A DNA stretch of 64,000 bases from an uncultured delta proteobacterium. Lineage in GTDB: Bacteria; Myxococcota_A; Polyangia; Fen-1088. The position numbers were made by a program, and so were the translations under genes. The notes beneath the pieces were generated by a model. It was not told where the DNA came from and made no database searches. It saw only the letters and a program-made list of their open reading frames with translations. Location of the stretch: assembly GCA_963767925.1 (NCBI GenBank), contig CAVYGB010000008.1:1472001-1536000 (forward strand). Reading direction: 5' to 3'. This document shows positions 55,589-64,000 of this stretch, in pieces. How positions within the stretch are numbered: the stretch's first letter is position 1; each line of letters begins with the position of its first letter.

Positions 55589-55652
55589 TCTGCGCCGAGC
55601 TCCTGTTTCGCCCCTCGCCGGCGGCGCATTTGATCGATAATCCGCCCCGGTC

Positions 55653-56666
55653 ATGAGCGACGCCGCACCCCCCCCAGGCAGCAAACGTTCATCGAGCCCG
55701 GGCGCCGAGGAGATCCTCGGCCGCTACTTCCCGGTGCTCGACCACGGCTTCGTGGCGCTGGTCGACTACATGGGGACCGACGTCGACATCGAGCGCGCCG
55801 CCCGGGTGAGCTACGGCTACGGCACCCGCCAGCGCACCCAGACCCGGGGATTGATCCGCTACCTCCGCCGGCACAAGCACACAACCCCGAGCGAGATGGT
55901 GGAGCTCAAGTTCCACTGCTGCATGCCCATCTTCATCGCCCGCCAGTGGATCCGGCACCGCACCGCCAACGTCAACGAATACAGCGGCCGCTATTCGCTG
56001 ATCCCCCTGCTGTTCTACCAGCCTCCCGCCGCCGCCCTGCAGACCCAGAGCGTGCGCAACAACCAGGGACGGAGCGGGCAGGCGCTCGACGAGGGGCTGG
56101 CCGCGGAGGCCGCCCGGCGCTGGAGCGAAGCGCGCCGGCAAGCGGCCGGGACCTACGAGTGGCTCACCGACAACGACGTGGCCCGCGAGCTGGCCCGCAT
56201 CGATCTGCCGCTCTCGACGTACACGCAGTGGTACTGGAAGATCGACCTGCACAACCTGCTGCACTTTCTCACCCTGCGGGTCGACGCCCACGCCCAGTGG
56301 GAGATCCAGCAGTTTGGCCAGGTGATGGCCGGGATGCTCAAGCGAGTCGCCCCGCTCTCGTACGAGGCCTGGATCGACTACGACGTCTGCGGCGCCCCCC
56401 TGTCGCGCATGGAGCTCGACGTGGTGCGGTCACTGCTGCAGCCGGACGGGGCAGGGGGCCTGCGGTCGGCCGAGGCCTCCGTCTCCCGGGAAGCCCTGCT
56501 GAAGGCCGGGCTGGCGAACCGCGAGGCCGACGAGCTGCTGGCCAAGCTGACCCGGCGCGACCCACCCGACTTCGAGCTCGACCTCGCCTCGGGGCAGCCG
56601 CCCGAGCACTTTGCCCGGCGGTTCGAGGCCGCGGTTCCTGGCGCCGACACACCACCCGAGCTTTGA
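55653..56666 (+). CDS. thyX: FAD-dependent thymidylate synthase
   Basis: AARVSY, HTTPSE, RHRTANVNEYSGRY, RELAR and LRVDAHAQWEI. Confidence 0.95.
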   Translation: MSDAAPPPGSKRSSSPGAEEILGRYFPVLDHGFVALVDYMGTDVDIERAARVSYGYGTRQRTQTRGLIRYLRRHKHTTPSEMVELKFHCCMPIFIARQWIRHRTANVNEYSGRYSLIPLLFYQPPAAALQTQSVRNNQGRSGQALDEGLAAEAARRWSEARRQAAGTYEWLTDNDVARELARIDLPLSTYTQWYWKIDLHNLLHFLTLRVDAHAQWEIQQFGQVMAGMLKRVAPLSYEAWIDYDVCGAPLSRMELDVVRSLLQPDGAGGLRSAEASVSREALLKAGLANREADELLAKLTRRDPPDFELDLASGQPPEHFARRFEAAVPGADTPPEL

Positions 56667-56754
56667 CACGATGTAACCCCAGGTTTCCTAGCCAGCCGAG
56701 AGATGGACAGAGACGGGGGCTGGCGGGGCACTTAACTCACGGAGGATCACGAAC

Positions 56755-58212
56755 ATGACATGGAAGGCCCTCGTCCTTGGCGCCACGACCGGCGGGCTCC
56801 TCGGTTTTGCCTGCTCCAACCCGGCCGTCCGTGAGCTCGGGGGCGGCATGACGCCCGGCAATGCGCCCGCACCCGCCGCAGGGGTTCCGGCCGCCCCCGG
56901 CTTCGTCCTGCCTCCCCCGTCCAGCAGCGCGCCCACCGCGCCCGGCGCCGGGCCCTGCGTGAACCTCCAGTGCCAGCAGACCACCTGCACCTCGGGGGCC
57001 TGCACCCAGCGGGCCTGTCCGGCCGGGCAGCGGACGACCTTGCGCGGCAAGGTGTTCGAGCCAGCCGGCCGGGTGCCCCTCTACAACGTGCTGGTCTACG
57101 TCCCCAACGCGCCCCTGGATCCCATCCCGGTCGGCCCAACCTGCGATCGCTGCGATACCCCGACCTCGGGCAAGCCCATCGCCGCGGCGCTCAGCGACAC
57201 GAAGGGGGAGTTCCTCCTCGACAACGTGCCGGCCGGCGAGAACATCCCCCTCGTGATCCAGGTCGGCAAGTGGCGGCGAGAGGTCACCGTCCCGCGCACG
57301 CAGGCCTGCGCCGAGACCATCCTCGACGACCCCAACCTGCTGCGCCTGCCCCGCAACCAGTCCGAGGGGAATATCCCCAAGATCGCGCTGACCACGGGAG
57401 GCGCCGACCGGCTCGAGTGCCTGCTGCGGAAGATCGGCCTCGACGACAGCGAGTTCACCCCGGAGACCGGTGGCGGTCGGGTCAACCTCTTCGCCGCCCG
57501 GGGCATGACGACGTCGGCTTATGCCCCCACCTTGAACGGCGGCGCCGCCTTCACCCCGGCCGCGACCTTCTGGGAGGACCCGGCGGCATTCAAGCGCTAC
57601 GACATGGTCCTGCTCTCCTGCGAGGGGATGCAGTACCCGATGGACAAGAGCCCCAACGCCCGGGCGGCGGTGATGGCCTACGCCGACCAGGGCGGGCGGC
57701 TCTTCGCCTCCCACTGGCACAACATCTGGCTGCAGGGGGGACCCGCCCCCTGGTCCGAGGTCGCGACCTTCACCAACACCCAGCAGACCTTGCCCAACAA
57801 CTACGTGGGCGACGTGCAGACGTCGTTCCCGAAGGGCAACGCCCTGGCTGACTGGCTGGTCAACGTCGGCGCGTCGACAACCCGGGGCCAGCTCCCCATC
57901 CAGGAGGGCAAGCGCACGGTCGGCGCCGTCAACAAGACCTACTCCACCGCCTGGATCCAGAGCCCGCCGGATCAGCCGGCCGGCGTCCAGTACTTCACCT
58001 TCAACACGCCGGCGGGGGCCATGGCCGGCCGGGAGTGCGGGCGGGTGGTCTTCACCGACATCCACGTGTCGGCCGGTGACGTGGCCGGCCCGCCCTTCCC
58101 CAACGGATGCGTGACGACCGAGCTCTCCCCGCAGGAGAAGGCGCTGGCCTTCATCCTGTTCGACCTGTCGTCCTGCGTTCAGCCGGACGACAGGCCGCCG
58201 GTGATCCCGTAA
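56755..58212 (+). CDS. Myxobacterial lipoprotein with a carboxypeptidase-regulatory-like domain and an uncharacterised alpha/beta C-terminal domain
   Basis: GGAGG SD, lipobox GFAC, GKVFEPAG..LYNVLVYVP, GEFLLDNVPAG, LVIQVGKWRR, LECLLRKIG and QEKALAFILFDL. Confidence 0.7.
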   Translation: MTWKALVLGATTGGLLGFACSNPAVRELGGGMTPGNAPAPAAGVPAAPGFVLPPPSSSAPTAPGAGPCVNLQCQQTTCTSGACTQRACPAGQRTTLRGKVFEPAGRVPLYNVLVYVPNAPLDPIPVGPTCDRCDTPTSGKPIAAALSDTKGEFLLDNVPAGENIPLVIQVGKWRREVTVPRTQACAETILDDPNLLRLPRNQSEGNIPKIALTTGGADRLECLLRKIGLDDSEFTPETGGGRVNLFAARGMTTSAYAPTLNGGAAFTPAATFWEDPAAFKRYDMVLLSCEGMQYPMDKSPNARAAVMAYADQGGRLFASHWHNIWLQGGPAPWSEVATFTNTQQTLPNNYVGDVQTSFPKGNALADWLVNVGASTTRGQLPIQEGKRTVGAVNKTYSTAWIQSPPDQPAGVQYFTFNTPAGAMAGRECGRVVFTDIHVSAGDVAGPPFPNGCVTTELSPQEKALAFILFDLSSCVQPDDRPPVIP

Positions 58213-58240
58213 GCGACCCGGGCCCGCTCGCCGCCCCCCC

Positions 58241-59734
58241 CTACCGGGCGGCGGCGGCGGGGACGGGGCAACGGTCCGCGGAGGTCCCGTCGATGCAGGT
58301 CAGGCAGTTGACGACCTGGAGGGTGTTCGGGGGCGGAGGCGTGTCGTTGAGGCGACGCACCGTGGTCCGGTACCCCGAACCGCAGGCCGCGTCCGCCGTC
58401 AGCTCCCAGCAGGGGGGGCTCCCGAGCTGGCAGTTCGGCAGGGCCTGCTCGTTGTAGCCCCCGCCCTGGTCGCGGGGGACCCGGTCGCGGACCTGGCAGT
58501 CCGGCTGCACGCCCGCCTGCTGCAGGTCGGTGTCGACGAGCTGGCTGGTGATGCAGGTGTTCTCGAGGACGAGGGCGAACTTCTCACCGATCTGCCTCAT
58601 GGCCTCTCCCAGGTCGGCCTGGCAGATGGTGTGCAACGTGTTGTTGCGGAAGCTCTTGGTGAACTGCTCGAGCCGGATGGCGGGGGAGGCGGCCCCGGTG
58701 GTCATATCGGCGCAGGCCGGCTGCAGGTCCAGCTCGGGGCCGGACTGGGGGTTGGCCCGCTCGAACAGACCGTACGGCGTCTCGGCGACCCCGGTGTACC
58801 CCACGATTGACGAGACGATGATCTTGTCCTCGTTGCCACCCTTGACCGCCTTGATGAAGTCCACGAAGTCCTTCACGTTGATGAGGCGGGAGGTCTTCTC
58901 GTTCGGCTGGCGCTCGTAGGGGCGGCACATCCCGACGGTGGAGCGGAAGTCCTTGGAGGGCGTGACGGGCTGACCGCCGCACACGTGGCCGAGGAGGGCA
59001 CAGCGGAGGCTGCCGGCCTGGCCGGGGACGGGCTCCTGGTAAAAGGCCGCCTCGGGATCGCCCGAGCAGTCGTCCTCGTCGCTGAGGATCACGACGCCCA
59101 GGAAGGCGTCCCGGCGCAGGAAGTTCCGGTTCTGAGGGCTGATCGTCGAGCTGGGATCGCTGGCCGCCAGCGCGGCGCGGAGCGACTGGAGCTGGTGCTC
59201 GTAGCCGCAGCCGCCGATGCCGAGGCTGGCCATGCAGCTGAACACGTTGGTCAGGTCGCCGCCGAAGTTCTTGGTCCCTTTCCCGTCGATCGACAGCCAG
59301 AAGCCGTTGTTGGCCGTGTCGAGGCCGCAGTTCGGACGCACCAGGAAACCACCCCGATCGCCGTACACCGGGCACTCCGCCGCGGGCATGCCCGGACCGG
59401 CCCCGAAGTTACTGGAGATGACGCCGATGCGAATGTCGGGGAGGCCGCCCTTGATGGCCTCGAGCTGCCGCATGAACGCGGGGAAGTTGCGCTTGATGTT
59501 CTCCTGCTCCTCTTGCATCGAGCTGGAGTTGTCGATGACGAAGATCAGGTCGAGCTGGCGCAGGGGATTGAGCTCGTAGATCCGGTCGGTCTGGGCTTCG
59601 GGCGCGGGCGCGGGCTGCTCGAAGGGATGGGAGTTGCAGGCCCACAGCGTGGCGGGCACCACCAGCGCAGCCGCCAGCCAACGAAGGTTCCGCCAGCGCA
59701 ACAGGTTGCGGGTGGTTTCAGAAAAGCCAATCAT
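58241..59734 (-). CDS. vWA-domain lipoprotein (CglB-like) with a Cys-rich tail
   Basis: GGAGG SD, lipobox LWAC, LDLIFVIDNSSSM MIDAS, GCGYEHQL and FLRRDAFLGVVILSDEDDCS. Confidence 0.8.
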   Translation of the reverse strand: MIGFSETTRNLLRWRNLRWLAAALVVPATLWACNSHPFEQPAPAPEAQTDRIYELNPLRQLDLIFVIDNSSSMQEEQENIKRNFPAFMRQLEAIKGGLPDIRIGVISSNFGAGPGMPAAECPVYGDRGGFLVRPNCGLDTANNGFWLSIDGKGTKNFGGDLTNVFSCMASLGIGGCGYEHQLQSLRAALAASDPSSTISPQNRNFLRRDAFLGVVILSDEDDCSGDPEAAFYQEPVPGQAGSLRCALLGHVCGGQPVTPSKDFRSTVGMCRPYERQPNEKTSRLINVKDFVDFIKAVKGGNEDKIIVSSIVGYTGVAETPYGLFERANPQSGPELDLQPACADMTTGAASPAIRLEQFTKSFRNNTLHTICQADLGEAMRQIGEKFALVLENTCITSQLVDTDLQQAGVQPDCQVRDRVPRDQGGGYNEQALPNCQLGSPPCWELTADAACGSGYRTTVRRLNDTPPPPNTLQVVNCLTCIDGTSADRCPVPAAAAR

Positions 59735-60020
59735 CGAGTCCTCCTGGAGCGGGGCAATACGTCCTCACGGGGGGAACTCCCACGCCCCCCCGGATCCGGG
59801 GAGGGGAGCCGTCGTCAACGACCAATCTTGCATGAAAGGGTAGCTGCGCGTTCAGGGACCCACGCCGTGGCGACGCTGGAAAAGGCCTCCAGCGCGGGCC
59901 CAGAGAACGGCGGAGATGCTAGCACGAGGGGCCCGGCGGCCGGGACAAATGTGGGCGGATCTCACCGCCTGTGGGTCGCCCTCGGGGTGTCGCCTCCGGG
60001 CTCGCCAGCGGCGGTCGCGC

Positions 60021-61118
60021 TCAGATGGCGCCGGCCGGCTCCTCGACGGCACGGCCCGGGTTCCCGGGCTGCTCGGTGCGAGGAACGAGCGCAGGGTCGA
60101 TCGACGGCTCGGGCGGCCCGGGTGCTTCGGCGGGTGGAGGCGGAGTTGCAGCGGGCGCCGCGCCGGCCAGCCTGGGGGGCACCAACCTGGCCCGCCGAGC
60201 TACCACCCAGTCGGAGACCCGGGCGACGTCGCCGAACCGGGTGAGCTCGCCCTCGGTTCCCAGGAAGGCCATCCCGAGGGTCCGGCCGCCGACCTTCGCC
60301 GCCAGCACGAGACAGTACCGTGCAGCGTTGTTGAATCCCGTCTTCCCGCCCAGGACCAGGGTATTGGCCCGCGAGGCAGGTCGGTGGGTGTTGACGTAAT
60401 GAATCGGGCCCCGGCCCAGCGGCCGCACCTCGTACTCCAGCCGGCTGGTGATCGGCCCCAGCAGGGGATGGTCCATCACGGCCCGCAGCAAGGCGATCGT
60501 CTCGCGGGGGGTCGAGCGGTTCTCCGGCGACAGGCCGGTCGGCTCGACGAAGCGGGTCTCGCGCAGCCCCAGGCGCCGGGCGGTGGCGGTCATGGCCGCC
60601 GCGAGGGCGCGGGCGTCCAGCCGGACCGCTCGACCGAGGGCCGACACAGCGCGGTTGTCCGAGCCGAGCAGCGCCGCGTGGAGCAGGTCGAGGTTCGAGA
60701 GGGTCAAGCCTTCGGCCAGGCGGGAGCGGGCGCCCCCCCGCGCCACGTCCGCGTCCACCCGGGACATGGTCGTCAACTGGTCGAGCGGCAGACCCTTTTC
60801 CACGACGGTCAGGGTGGCGGCCAGCTTCGAGATGGAGGCGATGGCGCGCGGCTCATCGGCGCGGCGGGAGAACAGCTCCTCGCCCTCCTCGAGGTCGATC
60901 ACGAGCGCCCCCTGGGCCTGGACGTTGGGGAGGCTTCCGCGCAACCAGGGGATGGCCGGCCGGGGCCGCAGGCTGCGGCGCGCGCGGCGGGTGGGAGCTA
61001 CCGTCCGGCAGGCCCTTGAAACCGAGGACGGAGCGGGCGGCCCGTCCGCCTGCGCTGTCCCCAGCAGCGAAACCATCCCCAGCGTGAGCGACGCGACCCC
61101 GAGACGAAACCCTCTCAC
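60021..61118 (-). CDS. Peptidase S11 D-alanyl-D-alanine carboxy/endopeptidase (PBP7-like)
   Basis: SxxK as ASISKL, SxN as SDN, EPTGL and KTG as GKTGF. Confidence 0.88.
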   Translation of the reverse strand: MRGFRLGVASLTLGMVSLLGTAQADGPPAPSSVSRACRTVAPTRRARRSLRPRPAIPWLRGSLPNVQAQGALVIDLEEGEELFSRRADEPRAIASISKLAATLTVVEKGLPLDQLTTMSRVDADVARGGARSRLAEGLTLSNLDLLHAALLGSDNRAVSALGRAVRLDARALAAAMTATARRLGLRETRFVEPTGLSPENRSTPRETIALLRAVMDHPLLGPITSRLEYEVRPLGRGPIHYVNTHRPASRANTLVLGGKTGFNNAARYCLVLAAKVGGRTLGMAFLGTEGELTRFGDVARVSDWVVARRARLVPPRLAGAAPAATPPPPAEAPGPPEPSIDPALVPRTEQPGNPGRAVEEPAGAI

Positions 61119-61124
61119 CTTGCC

Positions 61125-61133
61125 AGGGTAACA
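61125..61133 (-). promoter_or_regulatory. Extended -10 box (TGT-TACCCT) 6 nt before the S11 peptidase start
   Basis: Minus strand TGT TACCCT GGCAAG GTG. Confidence 0.55.
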
Positions 61134-61183
61134 ACGGCGGAACGGGGGGCAAATTTAGCCCCCTCTCGCCGCCCGCGCGGCCG

Positions 61184-62449
61184 TCAGCCCCCGACCGCCA
61201 GCAAGTGCAGGTCCAGCAGGTTCGAGGTGCCCGGTCCACGCACCAGGCAACCGAGGCCCTGAAGGGGCGCGGCGCTGTTGCAGTCGAGCAGGGCCCGTTC
61301 GGGATCGAGGCCGGCCGCCCGGGCCTGCTCCCAGGTGCGTCCGTCGACCACCGCGCCGGATGCCGAGGTGTTTCCATCGCGGTCGTCGGTGCCGGCTGCC
61401 AGGAACGCCACCCCGTCCAGACCGGCGATCTCCCGGGCCACCAGCAGGGCGAGGTGGGTGGCGCGACCACCCCGACCGTCGCCGCGCACCACGATGGTGG
61501 GCTCGCCATTTCCGATCAGGATGGCGCGACTGCCCGCGGCCGCTTCCCGGCGGGCCCGCTGTCCGTAGTCGAGGGCCAGCGCGTTCACGTCCGCCTCGGT
61601 GTTCAGGGCGAGCTGCCCCGACTGGTAGCTGGCCGCCGCCACCGCCCGGCTCGCCTCCTCGAGGACGCGCTCGGGACCGGCCAGGCGCTGGTATTCGATG
61701 GCCGCCAGGCGAGGGTCGCCCGGCTTGGGCGTGTCGGCAAGCGCGCCGTCCGCGCCGCGCGCCAGGTGGTCCCGGGCGGCGGGCGCCGCGCCCGGAGTCA
61801 GGGCATCGAGCAGGGCCAGCGCCTCCGCGAAGGTGGAGGGATCTGGCGAAAAGGGCCCGGAGGCGATGGTCGCCGGGTCGCTCCCGACCACGTCCGAGAG
61901 GGCCAGCACCCGGGTCGGCACACGGGCGCAGGCCCCGAGGCGCCCGCCTTTCAGCCCCGACAGGTGCTTGCGGACGACGTTGAGCTGGGCGATGCCGGCG
62001 CCGGCCCGCGCCACGGCGCTGGTGGCCGCGCGCTTCTCCTCGAGGGTCAGCCCGGCGGCGGGCAGGACGGCCAGGGCCGAGCCGCCCCCGGACAGCAGGA
62101 CCAGGAGGCGGTCGGGGGGGCGGCGGTCGCGGACGAAGTCCAGCACAGCCTGCCCGGCGCGCAGGCTGGCTTCGCCCGGGACCGGGTGATCGGCCCCGAG
62201 CAGGCGGAAGGCGGGCGGCAGATCGCCGGAGGCGGGCAGGTGCGCGGGCGGAGCCACCACCAGGCCGCCGGCGAGGGGGGCGTCCGGGCCCCGCGCCTGC
62301 AGCAGGCCCCGGACCATCGGGCCCGCGACTTTACCGAGGGCCAGCACGTGGGAGACGTCTGCCAGCGGCGCCTCGGCCACCAGCCGAGCCCCGTCGATGC
62401 GCTCGGTCACCTCGCGAAAGATCTCGCGCAGGCGCTCGGTCGGGCTCAC
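61184..62449 (-). CDS. Glycerate kinase type 2 (DUF4147/MOFRL family)
   Basis: LGKVA, HPVP, LLSGGGSAL, VRKHLSGLKGG, SDVVG..IASGP and GTDDRDG. The GTG start overlaps the upstream stop. Confidence 0.88.
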   Translation of the reverse strand: MSPTERLREIFREVTERIDGARLVAEAPLADVSHVLALGKVAGPMVRGLLQARGPDAPLAGGLVVAPPAHLPASGDLPPAFRLLGADHPVPGEASLRAGQAVLDFVRDRRPPDRLLVLLSGGGSALAVLPAAGLTLEEKRAATSAVARAGAGIAQLNVVRKHLSGLKGGRLGACARVPTRVLALSDVVGSDPATIASGPFSPDPSTFAEALALLDALTPGAAPAARDHLARGADGALADTPKPGDPRLAAIEYQRLAGPERVLEEASRAVAAASYQSGQLALNTEADVNALALDYGQRARREAAAGSRAILIGNGEPTIVVRGDGRGGRATHLALLVAREIAGLDGVAFLAAGTDDRDGNTSASGAVVDGRTWEQARAAGLDPERALLDCNSAAPLQGLGCLVRGPGTSNLLDLHLLAVGG

Positions 62450-63564
62450 GGCGCGGCCGCCCTCGCCCGGCGCGCCCGCCAGCGCGCCAGCAGGCGGGGA
62501 CCATGCCGCGTCCGCAGCACCGACAGCCCCCACATCGCCACGCACAACAGGACGAACGCGACTGCCGTCCCGGGCAGAGAGAACTTCTTCTGGATCGGCC
62601 GGCTGATAAACCCGTAACAGAGCTCGACGTGCACCCAGTAGATCAGGAGGGACGTTCGCCCCACTTGCCGCAGGGGCGTGACCTCCGGAGACGAGCGCCG
62701 CGTGATCAGCCAGCCCAGGCAGGACAGCAGGCCGATCACCCCCAGGCGGAAAAAGAACGAACCGGGCCCCATCTGCTGCACGAGCTCGGAGGGGTAGCGG
62801 ATGAGGTCGGGGGCCAGGGCGCGGACCAGCAGGACGCTGCCCACGAGGAGGACCCCGGCGGCACCGGTGGCCAAGAAGACCCGGGCCCGGCCGGCGGCAT
62901 CCCGCCCCCTCCTCAGCCAGCCGTGACCCACGACCAGCCCCAGCAGGGCCCAAGCGCCCCAGGGAAACAGCGGAAACCAGGACATCGGCCGCTGACCCCC
63001 GATGTACGCGCTGAGGGGGCGCGGGATCCATCCAGGCATGTGGGCAGGGCCCACCAGGGGCCCCAGCACGATGAGAACACCCGCCACCGCCAGCGGCAGC
63101 CAGATGCGCGGGCGGCCCGCCCGCGGCGCCCCGACGAGCGCCAGCAGCAGCAGCGACATGCCGATGCAGTTCAGGATGTCGACCCGGAAGACCTGGGTCC
63201 AGCCGCCCCAGAACCCGGCCAGGACGTGCTCCTGCAGCCGGAAGAGGTAAGCCAGCGCCAGCACCAGGAGCCCCCGGCGCGCGGCCGATCTCCGCATCTC
63301 GGCGCTGGACGTCCCGGCGGCGAGCTGGCGCTCGAGCACGATGGCCGACGAGACGCCCACCAGGAAGAGGAACAGGCGCGACGGGATCCCCGAGGCGTGG
63401 CGCACGAGGAACCAGCCGGGACCCTGCCGCTCGGCGGGGTCCATCCAGGCATCGAAGCTGTGGGCCAGGATCATGAGCACGACCGCCACGCCGCGTAGCC
63501 AGTCGATGACCACGATCCGGCCCGGGTTCTCGGCGGACGATGCGACGGAGGGAGAGGCTGTCAA
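62446..63564 (-). CDS. DUF1624 / HGSNAT-like membrane acyltransferase
   Basis: IDWLRGVAVVLMILAH, FLFLVGVS, DILNCIG, FPLFPW and GRTSLLIYWVH. Start TTG 63564 is inferred. Confidence 0.82.
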   Translation of the reverse strand: MTASPSVASSAENPGRIVVIDWLRGVAVVLMILAHSFDAWMDPAERQGPGWFLVRHASGIPSRLFLFLVGVSSAIVLERQLAAGTSSAEMRRSAARRGLLVLALAYLFRLQEHVLAGFWGGWTQVFRVDILNCIGMSLLLLALVGAPRAGRPRIWLPLAVAGVLIVLGPLVGPAHMPGWIPRPLSAYIGGQRPMSWFPLFPWGAWALLGLVVGHGWLRRGRDAAGRARVFLATGAAGVLLVGSVLLVRALAPDLIRYPSELVQQMGPGSFFFRLGVIGLLSCLGWLITRRSSPEVTPLRQVGRTSLLIYWVHVELCYGFISRPIQKKFSLPGTAVAFVLLCVAMWGLSVLRTRHGPRLLARWRARRARAAAP

Positions 63565-63571
63565 CGGCCCG

Positions 63572-63580
63572 AGCCTACCA
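63572..63580 (-). promoter_or_regulatory. Extended -10 box (TGG-TAGGCT) 7 nt before the DUF1624 gene start
   Basis: Minus strand TGG TAGGCT CGGGCCG TTG. Confidence 0.5.
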
Positions 63581-63627
63581 GAATTGGCTGGCGCACCCGC
63601 CCTGTCCGGCCAGAAGATGCCCTTCCC

Positions 63628-64000
63628 ATGGCGCCTCCCCCGATAGAGCTTGCCTACTCCGCGGACGCGGACGACGCCTTCATGTTCCACGCTCTGCGCA
63701 CCGCCGCGGTGGACCTGGGCGGCCTCAGCTTCGCGCACCGGCGCGGCGACACGGCGGCGCTGAACGCGCTGGCGGCGGCCGAGGGCGCCGACGTCGTGGC
63801 GGTCTCCCTGGCGGCCTACCCGAACATCGCCAACCGGTACCTGCTGCTGCCCCACGGCGCCTCGGTCGGCCGCGGCTACGGCCCCGTGCTCGTCGCCCGC
63901 CAGGCCCTGTCGAGCCTGGCCGAGCTCAAGGGCCGGCGGGTGGGAATCCCGGGGCTCGACACTACCGCCTACCTGGTGCTGCGGCTCATCGAGCCCGATC
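63628..64000 (+). CDS. mqnD: MqnD-like futalosine-pathway menaquinone enzyme, 5' part only (runs off the window)
   Basis: Not in the ORF track. ATG 63628 reads MAPPPIELAYSADADDAFMFHAL...GASVGRGYGP...GIPGLDTTAYLVLRL. Confidence 0.8.
   Translation, partial: MAPPPIELAYSADADDAFMFHALRTAAVDLGGLSFAHRRGDTAALNALAAAEGADVVAVSLAAYPNIANRYLLLPHGASVGRGYGPVLVARQALSSLAELKGRRVGIPGLDTTAYLVLRLIEPD

Overview
Very GC-rich bacterial chromosomal window, by eye about 70-73% GC. It is most consistent with a myxobacterium (Myxococcota, Polyangia/Haliangium-like), based on MYXO-CTERM-type tails, MopE-like Cys/Asp repeats, CglB-like vWA lipoproteins and an AgmX/PglI-like C-terminal domain. It carries about 50 protein genes. 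Housekeeping blocks are an HMG-CoA lyase/enoyl-CoA hydratase/carboxyltransferase cluster, moeA, aroC, speA, orn, gpsA, cyoE/ctaB, trpE-G-D-C-F, rlmE-mutL-miaA-accA-thyX and the start of mqnD. These are interleaved with many secreted Cys-rich or lipoprotein genes. About a dozen conserved genes are broken by single-base indels in patches, which most likely reflects long-read consensus error rather than pseudogenes. I saw no rRNA, tRNA, CRISPR array, integrase or transposase. The best leads are: (1) a translationally coupled three-gene module at 24617-26806, in which a Cyc2-like haem-c/beta-barrel fusion is flanked by two monohaem lipoprotein cytochromes, one with an atypical CX4CH motif; (2) a recurring TAnnnT -10 box 6-9 nt before the start codon of many genes, suggesting widespread leaderless mRNAs; (3) a compositionally foreign Cys-rich repeat lipoprotein gene whose signal peptide is cut off by an in-frame TGA; (4) a secreted CotH-type kinase with lamin-tail and PA14 domains; (5) an apparent active/inactive pair of DUF3857 transglutaminase-like proteins. 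All domain calls are by-eye motif recognition, not database searches.
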